Shown here in pieces: positions 1 to 11,848 of a DNA stretch of 11,848 nucleotides; the first letter of the stretch is position 1, and every line of letters starts with the position of its first letter. Origin of the DNA: Azolla caroliniana (taxonomy: Eukaryota > Plantae > Polypodiophyta); the NCBI GenBank assembly GCA_043228905.1, contig JBHGNT010001124.1:1-11848 (forward strand), in the 5' to 3' direction. Position numbers and translations under genes: made by a program. Below the pieces are notes generated by a model. The model ran no database searches, had not been told where the DNA came from, and saw only the letters and a list, made by a program, of their open reading frames with translations.

Positions 1-377
1 ACCTGTATATTCTTCTGATTAATGTATGAAATCTATTTGAACTAAATATATCACAGTAAGCCTTTGACATTTCTCCCATTTGGGTTTTACAAGTGCCTGG
101 TATCTTCCCTCATTTAGCAGCATTTCCACACAATGTCCAATAATTCATTTTAAATGAAATGTAATGGATATCAGTATTGTGGGAGAAATGTCTTAAGATT
201 CTTGCTGTGAAAGAATGTTTTTAGCAACGGTTTAACATTACTGACAGGAAACCCCAAAGTGAACGAACGTCTAATGCTGCCAGATCTTATAAGTGCTTTG
301 CTACTTAATGGAAAATTTAATTGAAACATTTTGATTTTGTTTTGGTTCATTCTTATCGATTTGAATACGCTCGCCAG
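1..377 (+). other. 3' part of the GLR intron preceding the large exon
   Basis: AT-rich and U-rich towards a CAG acceptor at 375-377. No signal-peptide exon is recognisable, so it lies upstream of the window. Confidence 0.75.
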
Positions 378-4297
<3,920 letters not shown>

Positions 4298-4653
4298 TTT
4301 AATTTAACTCTAATGTAGTAACCTAACTCTCTGATGTTTACTCATTCATGAAATTTTTGGGTGTTTTTGGGCATGTTATTTGATAATAATAAGTCTCAAA
4401 TTTGGCTAGTATGTTTGTAATGTTCAAGCATTGTCTATCTATAGGATTTATAAGTGTAGTAGGTGTTTGTAAAGTCGATAAAGTAGTTTTTAGCAGAAAC
4501 TTCCTTGAAATACCCCAAGCAACTTACTTGAATTCAAGGGTACCTTGCTTTCCCCCCCATTTGGATGGTGTGGAATCATGTATGTGTGAGGGCCACACTT
4601 GGAATAAGTGTATGTTGAGTAAGATAAAAACATAACCTTGACATGAATATTGA

Positions 4654-4977
4654 CTTATATTTATTTGGATGCTTGGCATATCTCATGGGCAAAGCACTAC
4701 ATGGAACTCTTGGCAACATGTTACAAATGATAAAATGCTAAGATATCAAGATTGGTTATAATAGGACAACTTATTGGTTCATGATGATCTATATTATGCT
4801 TGGTTTCTTAACAGTTGATGGCAATATATAAAAGGTAAATTGTTTCGTTTCAGATGGAACTTTTGGCATCACCTTCTTGATTGGGAAGATAGGGGTAAGT
4901 TAATTGCCCAATATAATTGTTACGGCAAGATTGAGGATAGTTTTAGTTTGTGGCATCATTTTTACTTCTCGGCATGA
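4654..4977 (+). pseudogene. Decayed Trp-rich reading frame, possibly a retroelement (LINE-like) relic
   Basis: 107 codons in one frame contain 10 TGG codons and only 3 internal stops: LIFIWMLG...TWNSWQH...DWL**DNL...AWFLNS*WQYIKGKLFRFRWNFWHHLLDWEDRG...SLWHHFYFSA*. The family assignment is inference only. Confidence 0.3.
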
Positions 4978-5630
4978 GATAACAACGTTCTAGACAACTA
5001 GACAATGTGCGGATTAGATTATGAGGGATTAAGAGGTTTGACATTGACAATTAACCATTTAAAATTGGTTCAATGCCTTAGAGAACAACAATATATTATT
5101 GAATGCACATGATATCAAAATACACATATTAGTTGCAACAAAGAGCAATAGCTCATGTTCTCCTAGGTGAATAAATACAAATGCAACTTAGTGAGAATGG
5201 ATGCATTCCAAGCCATTGTCTCAATTCACACAACTAGATTGTGCTCAACTAACTTGTTGTTTCCCCAAGATTGCCTTATAGCGCAAGTTGTCCACAATGT
5301 ATCTTGTACCTTGCAATAGGTTTTGGGATTTAGGGAACCAATGGTGCATCTTTTAACTACTTTTACTTTGAGCTCATGCACAATGGGTCATACAACATTG
5401 ATGTTATCACTTTTTTTGCAAAACAAAACCGAAATGCTAGCACAAACTAGATCCTAGAACAAAATATGAACACATTGTATCTCATATAAGATAATTAAAA
5501 TATCCTTAACAATAAATAAATATATGAGATCATGGACAATAGTAGTTAGATAGCGGATTCAACCTATTAATGAATATGATTTATACCCCAAGGTTGTACA
5601 ATTTTTAATGAAATGAGGCAAAGATATTGT

Positions 5631-6472
5631 GAAAATATATATGACAAAGCGAAGAGCCATTACCAACATGGTTAGAGCCCATTGCTTAATTATCAAGGAC
5701 ATGACATGATACCCAACCTACCCCTTTTTGCGACATAAAGTAATATAACTTTTGTCAATATGTGAGACCTTAAGTGAAGTGAATGTATTGAGCACAAATC
5801 TCGTTCATGTTGTGAAACTAAGAGCTTGGTTAGATCAAAATCACTTGTTTTTATCTATGTAACTCTTTGGTACACAATTTGGAAGTGTTTAAACAATATT
5901 TTATTTGTTATACAATGTCATACATTTAATACAAATTGGTATAGACATCAAAGGTAAGCTATGAATGAACATACACTCTAGAAATTTGTGTTGACTGGGT
6001 TTCGTTTTCTTCGTTCCAAATGTATAGCTCTAGGAAATAGAATAGAGTGGGAAAATATATATGACAAAGCGAAGAGCCATTACCAACATGGTTAGAGCCC
6101 ATTGCTTAATTATCAAGGACATGACATGATACCCAACCTACCCCTTTTTGCAACATAAAGTAATATAACTTTTGTCAATATGTGAGACCTTAAGTGAAGT
6201 GAATGTATTGAGCACAAATCTCGTTCATGTTGTGAAACTAAGAGCTTGGTTAGATCAAAATCACTTGTTTTTATCTATGTACCTCTTTGGTACACAATTT
6301 GGAAGTGTTTAAACAATATTTTATTTGTTATACAATGTCATACATTTAATACAAATTGGTATAGACATCAAAGGTAAGTTATGAACATACACTCTAGAAA
6401 TTTGTGTTGACTGGGTTTTGTTTTCTTCGTTCCAAATGTATAGCTCTAGGAAATAGAATAGAGTGGGAAAAT
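5631..6472. repeat. Direct tandem duplication: copy 1 at 5631-6050 (420 bp), copy 2 at 6051-6466 (416 bp), plus a trailing GAAAAT
   Basis: Base-by-base comparison shows 4 substitutions (5732G/6152A, 5862A/6282C, 5959C/6379T, 6003C/6419T) and one 4-bp ATGA indel near 5961. Confidence 0.98.
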
Positions 6473-8873
6473 GTTTTTTAACTGTAATTTATGTTTACAA
6501 AATAATTCTATTGTTCAACTACATTGAGAATTCATTGTACAAAGTAAACTATTGAGGCAGTACTAGTACATGTTCGTTGACTAGCACAATACTAGTACAA
6601 AAAACGCAATGACAACTTCCAATGAATTGTAGTACATCAACCACCACAAATAAAATGTATGATACAACACAACACTCCTTAAAATAAGCCCACCTTGGTC
6701 GCTTTTTTCCACTCATTATTGCATATAAATACACCTAGTGGGGAAGGTGCTTACCCACAATTGGACCCCATAACACGTGCATGGTTTGTGGGCTTGTGGG
6801 CTTCTGCCTATCCTTCTTATCAACGCCTAATCAATATTGTGTGTGTTCACATAATATACTCATATACCCTTTAGATCCCCAATTATTAAAAAATAATTCA
6901 TGGGTACATTTCATTGTCTTTCTAGTACAATTTCGATGAGCAAGAACCAAGGTTTATGGAAGAGATACATATGGTAAATTCAAATGAGGCTCTCATGGAG
7001 ACCACATAGAATAGAGAAAGTCAATTGGACATACAATACGTTTTCGCCATATAGGTGTGGATGATTACGAGACACTTGTAAGCGTTGGAACATTTTTCTT
7101 TACACTATATAGGCAGAGCAAAATGAAGCAATGTATTGAGAGAAGTCATTCCTTACAAAGAAAAGTTAAAACAATGTTAAGTAAAGCTTTGCATGATTGC
7201 CCTACGATTAGTGAGGAAGAGATAAAAAGCTATTACATGGCAATAAACAATAGAGAAAGGAAAAAAAAACAACTACAAACTAAAAACTATTCCATTCTAG
7301 AGAGGAGACTAATGGAAGGAATTCTACTTTTTTTTAAGGACAGAAAGTCGTTTCCGTACTGTTGCTTCTAAAAGAGTCTCAACAATCGAGGAAACAATCC
7401 ATTCAACATTTTTTTAAAGCAATTATAAAGCTTCGTTAATGGATACATATGGTTATGAATGGGAAAGGAGCAAAAGGTTGACTTCGTTGCTTATTGTATG
7501 ACTTCCTTTAGAATGATCTAGAAAGCAATAATTCACGTGGATGGATTTAACCAAAAATACTTGAAAACGTCCTACTATAGAAAAGATTGCCTAACACTAC
7601 ACATACTTGCATTCTTGTCGAGTTATAGTTTATTATGTACAAGGACTAACATAATGTTTAAATACATTACAAAACTTGTGATCTTGGTGATGGGACATAC
7701 TTTCGACTAGTTGCTAGTTTTAAATTGTCCCCCAAGGCAAAAGGCTTGTTTATGAAAAAGTCTGTCACCCACACTTTCGTTGGCTCTCGTCCACACTCGT
7801 GTCATCAAATTGACATGGTTGCCTTCTATTTTATCTTTCCTTTTTGTGCCTCGCTTGTGATCAAGTGTGTCCTCCATGTTGTTTATCGAAAGCTCCTTAT
7901 ACTTGGAATTTCTAATTATTTAATACTACGTGTTTTAATGCTTTTGATTAAAAAAATAAACATTTGACTTCTGGTTATATACAGACATTAGACTAAAGCT
8001 TATAGTAGATCTAATCAATCAATTTGCATAATAATAAATTATGTATGATCGTCATGCGTGATGTCAATGAAATACTAAAACAATCAAAGTTTTACAATAA
8101 AAAAATATTCCTTTTAAAAAGGTAGGATTTCTTATGAATGATGTACCAAGAAATGTTATGTTTAGAAATTTGTTATTATGCAACGAAGAAACAGTTCATG
8201 ATCTGTGAATTAATTATCAATGCTTACTACATACAATCACATAAGCTCAGGAAAAGGAGACCATGCACACATGATGAAAGCATGAAAAAGGCTTTATTAT
8301 GTTCCGAGTAATGCATTGACAATTAAACCTTCTGTGTACAAAAATTGTACTAAAAAAAACTATATCCACAAAATCCTTGAAATTATTGTAAGGTGAGTAG
8401 AATTATTTAGAAGGAAGGACTTTTTTTTACAATGCGATGTAGGCTCAATTTTCTCCAATTTCGAAAGTAAGCATTAAGGGCAAATGGATCAAATCAAATT
8501 CCAACGAATAACCAATAATTTACAACCATGCACTATACTATATATCATTGTACACATGTCTAGTCACACAAACATAGACAAAAACATAAATAACGACACA
8601 CGTGATTACATACACATAAATGACACGAATTTGGGCTGACACTAATAGTGGCAAACACATGCAAGGGCAAGAACACACATCCCAATTACCTTGCAAATAC
8701 TTGTATAAATTAAAAATTATGGTGTCTATGTTGGTTACTTTCATGTCTAAAAATACCACCTCACGCACACACATCTTTCTGATACATTATATGATGGTGG
8801 GAAAACCTCACTTTGAGGTTAAAACCATGAAAACCCCTCTGACATAAATTATAGCCAAATAATAGTCAACCCT

Positions 8874-8888
8874 TATATATATATATAT
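8874..8888. repeat. (TA)7 microsatellite
   Basis: Alternating TA run. Confidence 0.85.
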
Positions 8889-9736
8889 TCAATTTCTTTT
8901 GAAATAACAAGAATGCAAGGATGGCACAAACAATAATTTCATTGTTCAAAATATGTCGAAAATAGGTGAACAAAAATGTATGTAGTTGGTTGTCCAACAT
9001 CCATCCAATCCATAAAGCCCAAGGTTTGATCCATGTAAAAAATGGGTGAAGAGCCCTTGAGGAATGTTGTAAGAAAAAACTACCAAACATGAAATACAGC
9101 ATGAGGTATTGAGTGATTTACTGCGAGCAGACCACAAAGGCAGGAAGTTTCAAAATATGAAGTATGATTTCATCATGTTATCATCTCCTAAACATGGCAA
9201 GGATTATATTACAAGATTGGAGCAACATCAACCGCTAAAATAATGCAAAGTCCACATATTGATGCTCTCTTTATGCACTAGCTTTATTTTTAGAAATATA
9301 CACTAAAAATACATCATTCATCCCACACACATGTAGGTTAGTAACATAATGCAGGTGGTTCCCTAGATATGTTTTGTAAGAAGGATGATCAAGCACTATA
9401 CTATGACACACTAGTCCTTCCTTGATCACACATTAATTGGAATAATCAAATTACCTTGAACATCACTACCATTGTGCATTGAGCGATAAGAGTTGTATGA
9501 GATGAAAGTTTCTTTTATGCCACATGCTCTTAATAATATGGTTGTGGTTATTGTTATGATCACAAAAGTTATATGATCTTTCAAGATTCTTGCAGTTTAC
9601 TATTGGGGATTGGATTGCCATTGGCGTAAAGATGAACCCCAAAAGAAAAGCACAAGACTTAATACACTTCACTTTCACATACATTTGTTGACTTCATGAT
9701 CTTCAAAGCCTTCATACAACCATCTATTGGGTGCAT

Positions 9737-9801
9737 GCACACCCACACACCCCCCCTGCGCGCACACACACACGCTCTCTCCCCTCTATTCTTCTCTCTC
9801 T
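9737..9801. repeat. Compound CA/CG/CT low-complexity tract
   Basis: GCACACCCACACACCCCCCCTGCGCGCACACACACACGCTCTCTCCCCTCT...CTCTCTCT. Confidence 0.75.
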
Positions 9802-10177
9802 ACACATATGTATATTTACACGGTACACCATATGACACTCTTTCCTAAACTACATCTGACATTAGTAAATCGAGCTCTTGGCTTCTAAATAGTTGATATA
9901 ATAGTCTAAACTGATCGATATCCCCGACATGAGCACACGAAAGGGTTTAAACCTAGCGATGCACCAAGTTTTTCACTTACCTATGTGGCATGTGCCCGAT
10001 TTCAAGCCCATGGTGTAGCTATACAATAACGTAGGCGACGAAGACGTGAGCTTCTCTTCTCCATTTCGGAAACTGAGTTGTGGTGGACATAGCCGATTTG
10101 TGGTGGTCACGAAGGTGGACATCAAGGAAGCCCTCGACACATGGGGACTGCGGTCTTCTCTTTCTTTATCGTGTGAA

Positions 10178-10225
10178 CTACTTCTACTACTACTACTTCT
10201 ACCACTACTTTACTACTATTACTAC
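10178..10225. repeat. Degenerate (CTA)n trinucleotide repeat
   Basis: CTACTTCTACTACTACTACTTCTACCACTACTTTACTACTATTACTAC. Confidence 0.85.
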
Positions 10226-10328
10226 ATAAAAAAGTTAGCTGAATATATCATATATCCCTTCACTTTCTCACTCTCCCCATTTGACTGAGCTTTTTAGTGT
10301 TAAATGTGAGAGAAGAAAAGAGGAAGAA

Positions 10329-10597
10329 CCTTCCACACATCTTCCTCTTCCCTTCCCTTCACTTTCCTTTATCCCTTCCCCCTTCCCCCCTCCCCTGTTC
10401 CCCCACTTTCCTTTCCTCTGTTTTACACACCATATCCGCATACCCTATTTCTGTACTCCCCCCCCCCCCCCCTTCCTCTGTTCCTCACACACCATATCCT
10501 CTAACCCTGTTCCTGTTTCCGCTTGTATGCTCCCCCCCCTCATCTCTCACCAAATCAAAGCCCAGATCAACGACCTAGACAGATTGAGGAGAGATCC
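10329..10597 (+). promoter_or_regulatory. Pyrimidine-rich (Y-patch-like) core promoter / 5' leader of the NAC gene
   Basis: Strongly C/T-biased stretch including C15 at 10458-10472, directly upstream of the NAC ATG, as is typical near plant TSSs. The TSS itself cannot be placed. Confidence 0.6.
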
Positions 10598-10604
10598 ATG
10601 GTGA
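10527..10604 (+). promoter_or_regulatory. Candidate upstream ORF (25 aa, [25 protein letters not shown]) overlapping the NAC start out of frame
   Basis: ATG at 10527-10529 and TGA at 10602-10604; the main ATG at 10598 lies within ccATGGTGA. Translation is not demonstrated. Confidence 0.5.
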
Positions 10605-10754
10605 CATCTGTTCTGCCCCCTGGATTTCGTTTCCATCCCACTGATGAAGAGCTCGTGGTTCACTACCTCAAGAGAAAGGCTACAGGAAGAAGCTTAGAAG
10701 AAGGAATTATCGCAGAAATTGACATCTACAGGTTCGAACCCACAGAGCTCCCTG
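10598..10754 (+). CDS. NAC: NAC exon 1 (subdomains A-B)
   Basis: [19 protein letters not shown]...FEPTELP with phase-1 donor G|GTATGT at 10755, the canonical NAC intron-1 position. Confidence 0.94.
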
Positions 10755-11848
10755 GTATGTGAATGGTCCCTCAAATCCTAAACCCTCTGTTTTGTTAAAT
10801 GTGTTTGTGTGTGTCACGAGAAGGTTTAATAAAATTTCCATCTATTCAGAATGCAATAATAAGGTCTTCTCTTAGATACAGACCACGTCCACCTTATTTG
10901 TATGTGGGGCTTCGGATACCTAAGTAGGTCTATGGTTTATAAAACGATCGCGTGACAAAACTATGCTTTTTTTCACCTTCCTGACAATGATCAAAACTTA
11001 ATCATACTTTAAAAGAACCGTTGTTAACCCCTGATTTTTGCATGATAATTTTTTTTCTTTAATCTTGGCATATTGGTTTTCTGTGACCCTGTGACCTCCG
11101 TGAATTGGATTGATTTGGTGTATGAGCTTTCATCTTGCTTCTATTCTTCTTCAATATAGAATTGCAATGGTGTAAATGTCATGTTCTTTTTGTCTTGTAG
11201 GGCTATCCATCTTGCCAAGCCGAGATCCAGAGTGGTACTTCTTCAACCTTCAGGACAGAAAGTATCTCCATGGATCACGGACCAACCGCACAACTAAAGC
11301 AGGGTATTGGAAAGCGACTGGGAAGGATCGGAAAATCAGTACAGGTAATCGCGCGGTGGGCTCAAAGAAGACTTTGATCTATTATCAGGGTCGGGCTCCC
11401 CATGGAGAGAGAACCGATTGGGTAATGCATGAGTATCGATTGGATGAAGAATTCGAGAAGAGAATTGGAGGGATAAAGAACCCTTTCGTGCTTTGCCGCG
11501 TGCGAAGGAAGCAAGGTCCGGGTCCAAGGAATGGAGAACAATATGGTGCTCCTGTTATAGAAGGTGTTGAAGATGATGAAGATAATCTTGGTGATGTGAA
11601 AGATGTGGCTTCGGTGGAGTGTCTCAAGTATTCAAATGTTGGTCAAGGCCCTGAGATACCATTGCAGGCCTCAGTCAATTGTATCTTATTGGATAATCAG
11701 GAGGATTTTGACTGCTTGCTTAACTCTCTTGCAAGTTTTGAAGAGAAGCCTGGGTTGATTGATGATGGTTTTGATCTCCCTTCCACTATTGATGATGATT
11801 TTAATTTTATGGATGCTGGAGTAAAGCTCAATTCCACTGTTGATATTG
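10598..11848 (+). CDS. NAC: NAC-domain transcription factor, 3'-partial; join(10598..10754,11201..>11848); ANAC013/017/053/078/082-related group
   Basis: Subdomains A-E: [19 protein letters not shown]; [12 protein letters not shown]; EWYFF...DRKY...RTNR...[10 protein letters not shown]; [26 protein letters not shown]; FVLCRV. These are followed by [13 protein letters not shown] (11515-11553) and an acidic region open to the window end. Confidence 0.96.
11201..11848 (+). CDS. NAC: NAC exon 2 (subdomains C-E and acidic regulatory region), runs off the window
   Basis: Acceptor TTTTTGTCTTGTAG ends at 11200; stop-free frame (G)[14 protein letters not shown]...KLNSTVDI. It is absent from the ORF track because there is no stop in the window. 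Confidence 0.93.

Noticed and set aside
5631-6472. Paired LTRs or a CRISPR-like array
   Set aside because: Two directly abutting copies with no internal region, TG..CA ends, PBS/PPT or spacers; the context is eukaryotic.
6735-6758. Helitron 3' end (CTAG next to a GTGGG..CCCAC hairpin)
   Set aside because: The hairpin abuts the CTAG without the usual ~10-nt spacer, and no 5' TC terminus could be identified.
9456-9468. Mitochondrial dysfunction motif (CTTGN5CA[A/C]G) for NAC autoregulation
   Set aside because: The sequence is CTTGAACATCACT, mismatching the final G; I saw no exact match in the upstream region.
7725-9684. Short intergenic ORFs (7725-7967, 8538-8774, 8620-8847, 8866-9102, 8946-9137, 9466-9684)
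   Set aside because: Under 81 aa, no motifs, and composition is as expected for random AT-rich frames.
10043-10063. miR164-like site (GACGTGAGCTTCTCTTCTCCA) near a NAC gene
   Set aside because: Only the 8-nt CTTCTCCA end matches. There are mismatches opposite miRNA positions 9-10, and the site lies ~540 bp upstream of the ATG rather than in the CDS as in CUC/NAC1 targets.
10046-10578. ORFs 10046-10288, 10281-10604 (full length) and 10297-10578 as proteins
   Set aside because: Non-ATG starts and low-complexity translations of the CTA repeat and pyrimidine tracts; only the ATG-initiated 10527-10604 part is kept as a uORF candidate.
10523-10597. TTG-initiated 25-aa N-terminal extension of the NAC
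   Set aside because: The ATG at 10598 sits at the normal distance before LPPGFRF; nothing supports near-cognate initiation beyond an open frame.
11336-11627. Minus-strand ORFs over NAC exon 2
   Set aside because: Antisense to a clearly conserved NAC coding frame.

Overview
AT-rich land-plant nuclear DNA with two intron-containing genes on the + strand; no prokaryotic features are visible. (1) A glutamate receptor-like ion channel (GLR, most similar to clade 3), missing only its 5' exon(s). Five exons splice by hand into one intact frame: 378-1783, 1953-2233, a 32-nt micro-exon at 2807-2838, 2955-3361 and 3905-4297, giving 839 codons plus stop. (2) A NAC transcription factor with the [11 protein letters not shown] motif of the ANAC013/016/017/053/078/082-related group; exons are 10598-10754 and 11201 to beyond the window end. 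The ~6.3-kb spacer holds a recent ~420-bp tandem duplication with 6-bp junction microhomology, a Trp-rich decayed reading frame (possible retroelement relic) and microsatellites. The best leads are a 25-codon uORF overlapping the NAC start codon, an atypical GLR pore loop, and a missing canonical NAC intron plus substituted conserved residues. I cannot support a wholly new biological system here. The divergence from angiosperm consensus sequences as I recall them suggests a non-flowering plant such as a fern, but that is a weak inference.
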